Shown here piece by piece: positions 12,545-26,311 of a stretch of 60,000 nt of DNA. The translations under genes were made by a program, and so were the position numbers. The stretch lies in assembly GCA_030390025.1 (NCBI GenBank), contig CM059431.1, positions 98,706,001 to 98,766,000 of the forward strand. Reading direction: 5' to 3'. Under the pieces are notes generated by a model. It searched no databases and was not told where the DNA came from. It worked only from the letters and a program-made list of their open reading frames with translations. This stretch comes from Squalus acanthias. Its lineage: Eukaryota. Numbering within the stretch: the first letter of the stretch is position 1; every line of letters begins with the position of its first letter.

Positions 12545-12683
12545 TTGTCCAGCTGCCAACTCACACACATCTGTTCAGCGTCCTACTAAGGTACATCTGT
12601 CCAGTGGCCAATTCACAGTATCTGCACATTCGATCCATAACTCAGGTTATTTTTCTTTTCCAGCGTCTACACTGAAGACCACA

Positions 12684-13990
12684 GTCAGCCGTGGCTCAGT
12701 GGGCAGCACTCTCGCCTCGGAGTCAGAAGGCTGTGGTTCAAGCCCCACTCCAGAGACTCGAGCACATAATCTAAGCTGACACTCCAGTACAGTACTGAGG
12801 GAGCTCCGCACTGTCGGAGGGGCAGTACTGAGGGAGCGCCACACTGTCGGAGGGGCAGTGCTGAGGGAGCGCTGCACTGTCAGAGGGGCAGTACTGAGGG
12901 AGCGCCGCACCGGAGGAGCAGTACTGAGGGAGTGCCGCACTGTCGGAGAGGCAGTACTGAGGGAGTGCTGCACTGTCGGAGGGACAGTACTGAGGGAGTG
13001 CTGCACTGTCGGAGAGGCAGTACTGAGGGAGAGCTGCACTGTCGGAGGAGCAGTACTGAGGGAGTGCTGCACTGTCGGAGGGACAGTACTGAGGGAGTGC
13101 TGCACTGTCGGAGGGACAGTACTGAGGGAGAGCTGCACTGTCGGAGGGACAGTACTGAGGGAGCACTGCACTGTTGGAGGGGCAGTACTGAGAGAGTGCT
13201 GCACTGTCGGAGGGTCAGTACTGAGGGAGCGCTGCACTGTTGGAGGGGCAGTACTGAGGGAGGGCCACACTGTCGGAGGGGCAGTACTGAGGGAGCGCTG
13301 CACTGTCAGAGGGGCAGTACTGTTGGAGGGACAGTACTGAGGGAGCGCTGCAATGTCGGAGGGGCAGTACTGAGGGAGTGCTGCACTGTCGGAGGGGCAG
13401 TACTGAGGGAGCGCTGCACTGTCGGAGGGACAGTACTAAGGGAGCGCTGCAATGTCGGAGGGGCAGTACTGAGGGAGTGCTGCACTGTCGGAGGGGCAGT
13501 ACTGAGGGAGTGCTGCACTGTCGGAGGGACAGTACTGAGGGAGCACTGCACTGTTGGAGGGGCAGTACTGAGAGAGTGCTGCACTGTCGGAGGGTCAGTA
13601 CTGAGGGAGCGCTGCACTGTTGGAGGGGCAGTACTGAGGGAGGGCCACACTGTCGGAGGGGCAGTACTGAGGGAGCGCTGCACTGTCGGAGGGGCAGTAC
13701 TGTCGGAGGGACAGTACTGAGGGAGCGCTGCAATGTCAGAGGGGCAGTACTGAGGGAGTGCTGCACTGTCGGAGGGGCAGTACTGAGGGAGCGCTGCACT
13801 GTCGGAGGGACAGTACTAAGGGAGCGCTGCAATGTCGGAGGGGCAGTACTGAGGGAGTGCTGCACTGTCGGAGGGGCAGTGCTGAGGGAGCACTGCACTG
13901 TCGGAGGGGCAGTACTGAGGGAGCGGTGCACTGTAGGAGGGGCAGTATTGAGGGAGCGCTGCACTGTCGGAGGTGCAGTATTGAGGGAGC
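12684..13990 (+). mobile_element. DeuSINE 5' half with about 36 copies of the 33-bp repeat; 3' half missing
   Basis: A-box tggctcagtgg, B-box ggttcaagccc, array 12789-13990. Confidence 0.88.
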
Positions 13991-14049
13991 TTGAAACTGA
14001 CCCCTATATCCTGCTAGGATCGTGTTATGTAGTTTGGGCTACTCATTGC

Positions 14050-14385
14050 ATAGGTTAGATAGAGAGAAACTATTTCCTCTGGTGGAGGGAGTCCAGAACA
14101 AGGGGGCATCACCTTAAAATTAGAGCCAGGCCGTTCAGGAGTGATGTCAGGAAGCACTTCTTCACACAAAGGGTGGTGGAAATCTGGAACTCTCCCCCAA
14201 AAAGCTGTTGAGGCTGGAGGTCAATTGGAAATTTCAAAACTGTGATTGGTAAATTTTTGTTAGGTAAGGTTGTTAAGGGTTACAGAACCAAGGCGGGTAG
14301 ATGGAGTTAAGATACAGATCAGCCATGGTCTAACTGAATGGCGGAACAGGCTCAAGGGGCTGAATGGCCTCCTCCTGTTCCTATA
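14050..14385 (+). mobile_element. CR1 3' end
   Basis: DREKLFPL...FTQRVVEIWNS C-terminus plus 3'UTR. Confidence 0.85.
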
Positions 14386-15836
14386 AACGCAGGCAGACTC
14401 CGAGTTGGATTCACACTTAACACACATGCATCAGTTTGTAAGTGGCTCACAAGATCACATTTCTTTTAAAGTAAATCATGTAAAATGAGTTCGACAGATC
14501 AATATCTTTGTACAACCTGAGAACTCTGGGACTCAATTTACTGATTTTATCAGTTAGCCGAGACACAACCAAATAATAAATGGGGGGAGGGGACAATTCC
14601 AGGATTTGAGGTGATGGGGGGAGTGGAAGAGGGGGAAGGAAAATCTGATGTAATCCCTGCCGAAAATAATTGGGAATGGGCAGGACATGCTCCAGCCAGC
14701 CAGTCCCCTCCAGTGGTGGTGCCTGGGCCAACTAGCGCACAGCATGCCCCCTTCACATAGGTGCAAACAATGCCTTGTGCATTCAAGGAATAAGCTGGGA
14801 GGAGGCTCGTGTGGAGCATAAACTCTGGCATGGACCTGTTGGGCCGAATGGCCTGTTCCTGTGCTGTAAATACTGTGTCATTCTATGTAAAACAAGAAAT
14901 GTTAGGTGCCAAGGTAAAGTAACAGGTCCAACAGAGCGTTGGAAAAATGCCAAAAGCCATTTATGAGTATTGATGTAGAGATAGCAATAACTTTAATTGC
15001 CTGGCATTTAGTGCCAGGGTAAATACCCTTTCCAAATGTTTGAAAATGAGAAGTTAACCATTTGCAGTCTTTGTACTGATCCATGAGGGGTCACGTTCGT
15101 GTCTTCGGTATTGAAAGGCAATAAAAGAAAACCCTTTCCCGTAAATGAACACAAAGCACAGCAGTTATCTGGAAGGATGGATTACCTTAACTTTAAACCA
15201 GCTGATACACACTGGGTAAATTTGGAAAGACTGTGATCGGAGTGTCAGGTGCAACACGCTCGATTCGCGAGACTCCCTGCTTACCAGCTGTTGAAATTAA
15301 ATCACTGGACAATCAGGAGCTCATTGACTTCCACATCCAATTCTCCGACCTACTCTTCCATCCACACTGTGGTGGGAGCAGAGTTCCCTCAAAGTTACCC
15401 TTGGGTCCATTACAAAACAGGCTTGCCTCTCTCTCTCTCTCTGCAATGCAAAGTCCCTGACAATGTTGGGCCCTCTATACGTCATCACTGTCTTTCAACT
15501 AACAAGGAGCCTGTTAATCCGTTTGTCCAATTAGCCAAAGAATTGGGATGGTATAGTTAGCACAGTCTGCAGGGAGGCTGGGCTTGGCTAGACTTTCCCC
15601 AACCGTTACCGTTCAAGACACGCAGAATCCACAGGCCCAGTGTGGACACAGCCCATGGGAGAGGGCTCACACTGGCTGCCTGCCTCTGTCCCGCATGGAA
15701 CAGGCTGATACACACTGACAATAATACTGTACCATCATTTGGTTTACAAAGTTTCCTTTTTTGCTGAAAATACATTTTAATGTATAAAAGAAAGACTTGC
15801 ATTTCTACAACGCCTTTCACGACTACCGGACGGTCT

Positions 15837-18800
15837 CATAGAGTCATACAGCACAGAAAGAGGCCCTTCGGCCCATCGTGTCTGCACCGGCCATCAAGCC
15901 CTATCTATTCTAATCCCATTTTCCAGCACTTGGTCCATAGCCTTGTATGCTATGGCGTTTCAAGTGCTCATCTAAATGCTTCTTGAATGTTGTGAGGGTT
16001 CCTGCCTCTACCACCCTTTCAGGCAGTGAGTTCCAGATTCCAACCACCCTCTGGGTGAAAAAGTTTTTCCTCAAATCCCCTCTAAACCTCCTGCCCCTTA
16101 CCTTGAAACTATGCCCCCTGGTTATTGACCCCTCTACTAAGGGGAAAAGTTCCTTTCTATCTACCCTATCTATGCCCCTCATAATTTTGTACACCTCAAT
16201 CAGGTCCCCCCTCAGCCTTCTCTGCTCTAAGGAAAACAACCCCAGCTTGTCCAGTCTCTCTTCATAGCTGAAGCGCTGCAGCCCAGGTAACATCCTGGTG
16301 AATCTCCTCTGCACCCTCCCCAATGCAATCACATCCTTCCGATAGTGTGGCGACCAGAACTGCACACAGTATTCCAGCTGTGGCCTAACTAGCGTTTTGT
16401 ACAGCTCCATCATAACCTCCCTGCTCTTATATTCTATGCCTCGGCTAATGAAGGCAAGTAGCCCATATGCCTTTTTAACCACCTTATCTACCTGTCTTGC
16501 TGCCTTCAGGGATCAAGGTCCCTCTGATCCTCTGTCCTTCCTAGGGTCCTACCATTCATTGGGTATTCCCTTGCCTTGTTAGTCCTCCCAAAATGCATCA
16601 CCTCACACTTTTCAGGGTTAAATTCCATTTGCCACTGTTCTGCCCATCTAACCAACCCGTCTATATCGTCCTGTAGCCTGAGGCTTCCCTCCTCGCTATT
16701 TACCACTCCACCAATTTTTGTGTCATCTGCGAACTTACTGATCATACCTCCTACATTCATATCTAAATCATTAATTTACACTACAAACAGCAAAGGACCC
16801 AGCACCGATCCCTGCGGTACACCACTGGACACAGGCTTCCAGTCACAAAAACAACCTTCAACCAGCACCCTCTGCCTCCTGCCACAAAGCCAATTTTGGA
16901 TCCAATGTGCCAAATTGCCCTGGATCCCATGGGCTCTTACCTTCTTGACCAGTCTCCCATGTGGGACTTTGTCAAAAGCCTTACTGAAGTCCATGTAGAC
17001 TACATCAACTACACTACCCTCATCCACACACCTAGTCACCCCCTCGAAAAATTCAATCAAATTGGTTAGACATGAACTCCCCCTGACAAAGCCATGCTGA
17101 CTATCCTTGATTAATCCTTGCCTCTCCAAGTGGAGACTAATTCTGTCCCTCAGAATTTTTGACAATAATTTCCCTACCACTGATGTTAGTCTCACTGGCC
17201 TGTAATTCCCTGGTTTATCCCTACTACCCTTCTTGAATAATGGTACTACGTTAGCTGTTCTCCAGTCCTCTGGCACCTCCCCTGTGGCCAGAGAGGTTCT
17301 GAAAGTTTGTGTCAGAGCCCCTGCAATCTCCTCCCTTGCCTCACACAGCAGCCTGGGATACATCTTGTCTGGGCCTGGGGATTTATCCACTCTTAAGCCC
17401 GCTAAAACCGCTAGTACCTCCTCCCTCTCAATACTAATTTGTTCAAGTATATCACAATCCCCCTGCCTGATTTCTATGCCTACATCGTCCTTCTCCATAG
17501 TGAACACAGATGCAAAATATTCATTTAAAACCTCACCTACATCTTCCGGCTCTACACACAGATTGCCACTTTGGTCCCTAATGGGCCCTACTCTTTCCCT
17601 GGTTATCCTCCTGCCCTTAATATACTTATAAAACACCAGGGGATTTTCCTTTATTTTGCCCGCCAGTGTTTTTTCATGCCCCCTCTTCGCTCTCCTAATT
17701 TCTTTTTTAAGTACCCCCCTGCACTTTCTATACTCCTCTAGGGCTTCCACTGTTTTTAGTCCTTTGTATCTGCCAAACGCCTCCCTTTTTTTCCAAATCC
17801 ATTCTCGTATATCCCTTGACATCCAGGGTTCCCTGGACTTGTTGGTCCCACCCTTGGCCTTTACGGGAACATGTTGGCGTTGTACTCTCTCTATTTCCTT
17901 TCTGAAAGACTCCCACTGCTCTGATGTGGATTTTCCTACAAGTAGCTGATCCCAGTCCACTTTGGCCAGATCCTGCCTTATCATATTAAAATCGGCCTTC
18001 CCCCAATTTAGAACCTTTATTTCCGGTCCATCTTTGTCTTTTTCCATGACTATCTTAAATCTCACCGAATTATGGTCAGCGTCACCAAAATGCTCTCCTA
18101 CTGACACTTCTACCACTTGCCCGGCTACATTCCCTAGAATTAGGTCCAGTACCGCCCCCTCTCTTGTCGGACTTTCTACATGCTGGCTCAAAAAGCTCTC
18201 CTGGATGCACTTTAAGAATTCTGTACCCTCTAAGCCTTTCACACTCTGACTATCCCAGTTAATATTGGGGAAGTTGAAGTCCCCTACTATTATTACCCTA
18301 TTATTTCTACACTTCGCTGAGATTTGCCTACATATCTGTTCCTCTATCTCCCCCTGACTGTTTGGGGGCCTATAGTACACTCCCAGCAAAGTGCTTGCCC
18401 CCTTTTTGTTTTTAAGTTCTACCCATATGGCCTCATTAGAGGAACCTGCTAAGATATCATCCCTCCTTACAGCAGTAATTGTCTCCTTGATTAATATTGC
18501 GACACCCCCTCCTCTTTTACACCCCCCTCTGTCTCGCCTGAAGATTCTATACCCCGGAATATTGAGCTGCCAGTCCTGCCCCTCCCTCAACCATGTCTCT
18601 GTGATAGCAACAATATCATACTCCCATGTGTTCATCAACACCTTCAATTCATCTGCCTTACTCGCAAGACTCCTTGCTTTAAAATAAATGCCATCCAGCC
18701 TTGCCATACTCCCTTGTGTCGTTACATATTTGCGCTGCCTTCCAGGCTGACTTGTTTTTTCCTCTATATTTGGCTGTGCATCACCCCCTACTATAGCTCC

Positions 18801-18868
18801 ACTCCGTATCCCATCCCCCTGCCAAGTTAGTTCAAACCCCCCCCAACAGTACTAGCAAACCTCCCCGC
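15837..18868 (-). mobile_element. About 3-kb CR1 LINE (probable ORF1 end, ORF2, 3'UTR) inserted in a DeuSINE
   Basis: The SINE tail is at 15790-15836 and the SINE resumes at 18869; CR1 ORF2 lies between. Confidence 0.93.
15910..18707 (-). pseudogene. CR1 ORF2 (APE endonuclease + reverse transcriptase), essentially full length, disrupted
   Basis: 643-aa frame (IYFKARS, ITETWL, GDFN, DH, QHGF, DFSKAFDKV, GVPQGSVLGPLLF), a stop at 16776, FADDTK in 16506-16760, a deletion/frameshift near 16500, and the C-terminus at 15910-16482. Confidence 0.92.
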
Positions 18869-19643
18869 AAGCTTTACAGCCAATTAAGTACTTTTGGAGT
18901 CTAGTCACTGTTGTAATGTGGGAAACACAGCAGCCAATTTGCGCACAGCAAGATCCCACAAACAGTAATGTGATAATGAACAGATCATCTGTTTTAGTGA
19001 TGTTGATTGAGGGATAAATATTGGCCCAGGACACCGGGGAGAACTCTCCTGCTCTTCTTCAAAATAGTGCCATGGGACCTTTTACGTCCACCTGAGAGAA
19101 CAGACGGGGCCTCGGTTTAACGTCTCATCCGTAAGACAGCACCTCCGACAGTGCAGCACTCCCTCAGTACTGCCCCACCGACAGTGCAGCACTCCCTCAG
19201 TACTGCCCCTCCGACAGTGCAGCGCTCCCTCAGTACTGCCCCTCCGACAGTGCAGCACTCCCTCAGTACTGCCCTTCCGACAGTGCGGCGCTCCCTCAGT
19301 ACTGCCCCTCCGACAGTGCGGCGCTCCCTCAGTACTGCCCCTCCGACAGTGCGGCGCTCCCTCAGTACTGCCCATCCGACAGTGCAGTGCTCCCTCAGTA
19401 CTGCCCCTCCAACAGTGCAGTGCTCCCTCAGTATTGCCCCTCCGAAAGTGCAGCACTCCCTCAGCACTGCCCCTCCGACAGTGCAGCGCTCCCTCAGTAC
19501 TGACGCTCCGACAGTGCAGCGCTCCCTCAGCATTGCCCTGGAGTGTCAGCCAAGACTTTTGTGCTCGAGTCTCTGGAGTGGGACTTGAACCCACAACCTT
19601 CTGACTCAGAGGCGAGAGTGCTGCCCACTGAGCCACGGCTGAC
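18869..19643 (-). mobile_element. DeuSINE with 12 copies of the 33-bp repeat (19142-19536)
   Basis: Intact head (gtcagccgtggctcagtggg reversed) and Deu core; tail displaced to 15790-15836. Confidence 0.88.
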
Positions 19644-20479
19644 ACTCATACAGATTTAAGTTCCTTTATCAGTTGTGCCCCTTAAAAACAGGTATTATGT
19701 AAATTTGTTTGTTCTGTTGACGACACTGCAACCTAATGTCATCCTTATTGATTATATTTTTTTTTTAAAAGGCACAGAATGTAAGTGCTTGTGTTGCTCT
19801 GGGACCATCTGAAACACTGGCTACAGCTCTTTAAACTGCCCTGCAAATTTCAGTGAAATACACACTTGTAGCAGGGAGCGACACCTCACAAAACATCCGT
19901 CTCTCCCACCGGCAGCTCTGACCTAATCACAGGTTTTTTTTTTACATCATTTCAACTTACAAGAAGCCACGACTGATCCCACATCACCGCAGGAGCGGCG
20001 CGGCCCACTGTGCAAACATTTCTCAAAGCAGGAAATGGTAAAAATGTGCAAATCATCCAAAGTGGTCACACTTACATGAGTTCATCTTCCCAATATGGCT
20101 TAGCGCCCATTCCCAATTATACTGCAGCTTGATGGATATATTCTTAATGCTTTACCGTGTGCAGGATCCATATTGAACAGCAGAAACAATTTCATAGTTG
20201 ACTTTTATTCCCCACCCCCCATGCGGGGGAATCAGCCTCTGTCACCGGTTACTTTCTGCTACGTTTTAATGTTATTTACAATCCACTTACGAAATGGCAG
20301 ATCTACTAGCCACACAATGGTGGGCACACACACAATTTCTAAAAACTGGCAAATGTGCGAAACTGCAGCCGATCGCAATGCACCTGTATAACAACCATCA
20401 GCACTTGTGTCGGGAGCCTCGGGCAATGGGAGCTCGGTCAGAGAGCTGAGGCTACAGCGTTGTAGCTCGGTCTCTGGAG

Positions 20480-20730
20480 GGGAGACGAGGAGAATTCTTT
20501 TCACTCCGAGAGTTGTGGGGATCTGGAACGCTCTACCTGAAAAGGTGGTGGAAGCGGATTCCATTAATAATTTTTAAAGGGAGTTGGACGGTACCCGAGG
20601 AGGAGGAACTGACAGGGTTACGGACAACAAGTGGGGGTGTGGGACTGAGCACGACTGCTCTTTCAAAGAGCCAGCACAGGCACGATGGGCCGAATGGCCT
20701 CCTTCTGTGTTTCTGCTGTAAGTTTCTATG
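20480..20730 (+). mobile_element. CR1 3' end
   Basis: RVVGIWNALPEKVVEADS and gggccgaatggcctcct 3'UTR. Confidence 0.8.
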
Positions 20731-21465
20731 AATCTCTGACCCTTTGAGTGCGGCACCCTCTGGGAGGGCAGAGGTGGCGGCTTTACCCAACAGTCGTTGA
20801 GAGATTAATCACAGAAACACGGAAAGTAGTACAAGAATAGATTGTGCAGATTATAGTCGACACCGGAGGGTGGAATTTCCACGATCCAACATCACCTTAT
20901 CCGTAATCCATACTGCTCTAATGGTTAAAGGCAAATTGTGGCATAGTCGGCGAGCATGACATTGGACAAGTGGTAAACCTGGAGAAAACTGGCAGGACAT
21001 GAAGAGAGAGTTAGTTGTCCATTGATTGGAGGCTGGAGAAACGTGTAGATCGAGGAGCGCGTCCCATACATTAATAATGTATTCTGTAACTTGCAGCTCC
21101 TCACAAGAATATCAGATCCAAAGGACAAGAAACAGTCCTTCAGCCCATCCCAGCTCATCGTACACTCCGATTAGGCACAAATGTCCAATCAGGGTACAGG
21201 GGTGTGTTGTAATATTCCCAGAGGAGCAACCGAGAGCTCAAACCCCATCAAGTTGTGAAACTGAACTCATGAAATCTGGCAATTAAACGGCTGACACCAG
21301 GAAGTGAATGGCTGTTGGATCATTTAAAAACCCAATGTCCTTCAGGGAGGAGAACCTTCCATCCCCACCTGGGCTGGACCGACCAGTCCCACACTACATG
21401 GCTGATTCTTGATGCTCTCGGGTCAACTAAGGATGCAGTCTTGCCAGTGTCACCCATATCCATGT

Positions 21466-22466
21466 GTCAGCCGTGGCTCAGTGGGCAGCACCCTCGCCTC
21501 CGAGTCAGAAGGTCGTGGGTTCAAGTCCCACTCCAGAGACTTGAGCACAAAAATCCAGGCTGACACTCCAGTGCAGTACTGAGGGAGCCCCACACTGTCG
21601 GAGGGGCAGTACTGAGGGAGCCCCAAACTGTCGGAGGGGCAGTACTGAGGGAGCGCTGCACTGTCGGAGGGGCAGTACTGAGGGAGCGCTGCACTGTCAG
21701 AGGGGCAGTACTGAGGGAGCCCCACACTGTCGGAGGGGCAGTACTGAGGGAGCGCTGCACTGTCGGAGGGGCAGCACTGAGGGAGCGCTGCACTGTCGGA
21801 GGGGCAGCACTGAGGGAGCGCTGCACTGTCGGAGGGGCAGCACTGAGGGAGCGCTGCACTGTCGGAGGGGCAGCACTGAGGGAGCGCTGCACTGTCGGAG
21901 GGGCAGCACTGAGGGAGCGCTGCACTGTCGGAGGGGCAGCACTGAGGGAGCGCTGCACTGTCGGAGGGGCAGCACTGAGGGAGCGCTGCACTGTCGAAGG
22001 GGCAGTACTGAGGGAGCGCTGCACTGTCGGAGGGGCAGCACTGAGGGAGCGCTGCACTGTCGGAGGGGCAGCACTGAGGGAGCGCTGCACTGTCGGAGGG
22101 GCAGCACTGAGGGAGCGCTGCACTGTCGGAGGGGCAGCACTGAGGGAGCGCCGCACTGTCGGAGGTGTTGTCTTTCAGATGAGACGTTAAACCGAGGCCC
22201 CGTCTGCACTCTCAGATCCTATGGCACTATTTTGAAGAAGAGCTATCCCCGGTGTCCTGGCCAATATTTAATCCTCAACCAACATCACCAAAACAGATTA
22301 TCCAGTTATTATCATATTGCTGTTTGTGGGATCTTGCTGTGCGCAAATTGACTGCTGTGTTTCCTACATTGCAACAGTGACTACACTTCAAAAATACTTC
22401 ATTGGCTGTAAAGCGCTTTGAGATGTCCTGAGGTCGTGAAAGGCGCTGGAGAAATGCAAGTCTTTC
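21466..22466 (+). mobile_element. Full-length DeuSINE with 18 copies of the 33-bp repeat (21573-22164)
   Basis: A/B boxes, array, Deu core and tail. Confidence 0.9.
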
Positions 22467-22894
22467 ATTTTTCTCCAAAAATATTCACTATCTTTACTTA
22501 AAATGCGCAGTTAAAGCTGGAGAACTGAGGCTTGATGACACTTATTTAGGTATGTTCGCGCAGCGCTCGTGTGCCAGAAGTACCAGTCCCCTTAATATCA
22601 GCACTCAGTTCACGCACAGAACCCCTTTGACACTGGGTAACGAAGAAACATTTCGATTTCATAGCGCGCAGGCCAATGGCATCATAGGAGTCACTGACCT
22701 GGAAGCATAACCCAAGCACTAAACCGTGAAGCAGTTGAACTGACACTCACAGCGGATGTCCAAACAGAACTGGGCTAATTCAGCACCCATGCAAAGCCAG
22801 ACAGCGTAACTTCCTCGACCCAGGGAGTTTCTGGTGAGGTCACCAGCTCACAAAAAAAACTCAAAGACTTGTGTCAGTGTTAAGTATAATCTTA

Positions 22895-24080
22895 GATTCG
22901 TACAGCACAGAAGGAGGCCATTCAGCCCATCATGCCTGTGCCGGCTCTTTGAAAGAGCTCTCCAATTAGTCCCACTCCCCCCTGCTCTTTCCCCAGAGCC
23001 CTGCAAATTTCTCCTTTTTGAATATTCATCCAATTCCCTTTTGAAAGTTACTATTGAATCTGCTTCCACCGCCCTTTCAGGCAGCGCATTCCAGATCACA
23101 ACAACTCGCTGCATAAAAAATTTCTCGTCATCTCGCCCTTTGGTTCTTTTGCCAATTATCTTACAACAACAACCTGTATTTATACAGCGCCTTTAAAATA
23201 GTAAAACGTCCCAAGGCGCTTCACAGGAGCGATTATCAGACAAAATTTGACACTGAGCCACATAAGGAGATATTAGGACCGGTGATCAAAAGCTTGGTCA
23301 AAGAGGTAGATTGTAAGGAGCGTCTTAAAGGAGGAAGAGAGGTAGAGAGGCGGAGAGGTTTAGGGAGGGAATTCCAAAGCATAGGGCCTCTGCAGCTGAA
23401 GGCACGGCCGCCAATGGTGCAACGCTTAAAATCGGGGATGCGCAAGAGGCCAGAATTGGAGGAGCGCCGAGATCTCGGAGGGTTGTAGGGCTGGAGGGAT
23501 TTGAAAACAAAGATGAGAATCTTCAATCTGTGTCCTCTGGTTACTGACCCTCCTGCCAGTGGAAACAGTGTCTCCCTATCTACTCTATCAAAACCCTTTA
23601 TAATTTTCTACATCTCAATTAAATCTCCCCTTAACCTTCTTAATTTGCGCTTATTATTTCTTCTTGCTAATTTGGGCGTTGGCTTGGACATTTGGAAAGG
23701 GCTCATCCCTGGAACCATTCTAGTAAATCTCCTCTGCACCCTCTCCAAGGCCTTGACATCCTTCCTAAAGTGTGGTATCCAGAATTGGGCACAATACATC
23801 AGCTGGGTCCTAACTAGTGTTTTATAAAGGTTTAGCATAACTTCCTTGCTTTTGTACTCTATGCCTCTGTTTATAAAGCCCAGGATCCCGTATGCTTTAT
23901 TAACAGCCTTCTCAACTTGTCCTGCCACCTTCAAAGATTTGTGTTCATACACCCCCAGGTCTCTCTGTTCCTGCACCCCCTCTAAAATTGTACCATTTAG
24001 TTCATGTCGCCTCTCCTCATTCTACCTCCCAAAATCAATCACTTCACACTTCGCTACGTTAAATTTCATCTGCCACGTGT
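22895..24080 (-). mobile_element. CR1 3' fragment interrupted by an L2 fragment (23163-23520, minus)
   Basis: ORFs 23608-23976 and 22848-23114 are CR1 C-terminal; the L2 tail caacaacctgtatttatacagcgcc starts at 23163. Confidence 0.85.
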
Positions 24081-25167
24081 ATCCCCTTCAGAGGGTAAAT
24101 ATTCCAACCAAGGATGTTCAATCTTAGTCATCATTTAGTTTTAGTTGCACTCAACGGTTGAGAGAATGAATTAACATTTAGGCGCATTTGTATGTAGACA
24201 CACCACCGACCAAAATTAGAGAGTTGTTCAAATGTTTCTGCGTAGATACTTCAGGCCACATGAAACCGTTAGACAGCGCTCTAATTTTGGTCAGTGATGA
24301 GTATACAAATCAAATTTAATTTATTTAATGTAGCTCTTTCCATGGAAAACAAGCAACATCAAAACAAACAGCAAACACAAGGACAGTTGCAAGATGCCCA
24401 AATCTGATCATTTCAGAACCTTTAAAACGTGCATCACAAAGATATGGATTTATTAACTTCCCATTCCTGAAACCGCCAAGAGTAAGACGCTAACCCCTCA
24501 GTGTTTCAGAAGAACAATCAGCCATTGCTCACTAGGAAAGGTTGTGATCGATATCGTCCAGTGCGATCAGTCGACGAGCAGGACTGGAAGCTGTTACAAT
24601 TCATTGAATGTTATTTCCTCCAACTACTGGCTACGCACAAACTCGAGGCAGCAACCTTTTCTAATTTTAGAATTTTCAAATAGAAAGAAAGCTGTCTACA
24701 GTCTACTCTCTTAAATCAACGTTAATTCAAATCGTTGGATAATTCCGTTCTTTTTTAGTATTAAATTACTACTTTGTTGCGTTATTTATATTGTTTGATT
24801 TAAAATATCGGATAATTAAACATTTTTAGCCTAAAAATTACTTGGAATCATCAGGATTAGACTGTAAACCAAACAGAACATTTTCTGTAAACATTTTTTT
24901 TTATTTTCCCCGGTGGAGTTGAACTATTACTGGGCGCAAGAGCGTTGCATCAGTTCTGGCTTTCTTTCGAGCCCATCTAGACACACAGGGAGAAGAGGAG
25001 GAGTTTGGGGAGACAGAGGAGATGGGGGAAGTCGGGGAAAAGAAGGAGTGACTGGGGATAGAGCAGGAATTCCTGTGGGGTTATGGGACCTAGGGGCTGG
25101 CCATTGACAAGGCAGAAGGTCGATATAAATAAAAACATCACAGCTACAATGATCACTTGTATGGCAT

Positions 25168-25542
25168 ACAACAAAAACAACAACTTGTATTTCCACAGCA
25201 CCTTTAATGTAGTAAAACGTCCCAAGGCGTTTCACAGGAGCGATTATCAGATAATATTTGACACCGAGCCACATAAGGAGATATTAGGACAGGTGACCAA
25301 AAGCTTAGTCAAAGAGGTAGGTTTTAAGGAGCGTCTTAAAGGAGGAAAGAGAGGCGGAGAGGTTTAGGGAGGGAATTCCAGAGCTTAGGGCCCAAACAGC
25401 TGAAGGCACAGGCCACCAATGGTGGAGCGATTAAAATCGGGGATGCACTAGAGGCCTGAATTAGAGGAACACAGAGATCTCGGAGGGTTGTAGGGCTGGA
25501 GGAGATTACCGAGATAGGGAGGGGGCGAGGCCATGGAGGGAT
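25168..25542 (-). mobile_element. L2-type LINE 3' fragment
   Basis: Near-identical to 4428-4798. Confidence 0.85.
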
Positions 25543-26311
25543 AGCATGTTGGTGGCTCGACAAACTGCAGCAGGGATTGCTGGGATGTGAGTCTGTGCCC
25601 ACTCCCCCTCGCAGGGCAAGTCCTCACTCTGCACTGGGCTGTCGGGGGGGGGGGGGGGGGGGGAGAGAGGAGGGAGGAGAAGGCACAAGTTAAATTAGAG
25701 GCACTGTAGAATGGCACTGCCAGAGGGCTGGGAGAGAGCTTCCTCTCAGTTGGGGAATGGGATGGGTTGTGCGCATGGGCCTAAACAGAAACACAAGGCA
25801 AGAACAAAACTTCAAACTGTTTGCTTAAAAAAATAACTATTTGCAAAATAAATGGCAGATTGTTCTTTCCATAAACTCTTCAAAAAATCATTTGTGCAAT
25901 AACTGATATTGCAGCTTGCTGTTGATGGTTATTAGGAAAGCGATAGTGTGCAAGAGGGTAAATTGTTTCCATCGTGATGTTTGCTCCCTCTCGGTCATTT
26001 TCAGTATTGGAATACCACTCGGTCAGACACGCCCTTTCCAAATACAATGTAAGCAAATCCCTTCCTTACAATAATTTAGTAGGGATTAGCCTCAGTACAT
26101 GTAGGGGCACCGCATCACCCTAGCTGCACGCAATCCCACAGCAATGCAACAATCTCCTCACAAATCTGATCGGGTGAGAGCAACCTGCAATTATCTGGCA
26201 GTGTAGTGTGTGTGAGGAAACTGATCAAAGTGACTGCACTCTCGCTGACCTCAGGGTGCTCACTGCAGAAGAAGGATCCTGTCAAGAAAGGCTCTGTTGA
26301 TGCGCTTACAG

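Noticed and set aside
12684..12750. tRNA-like A/B-box sequences (also 21466, 27087, 56940)
   Set aside because: These are SINE heads continuing into SINE bodies, not standalone tRNA genes.
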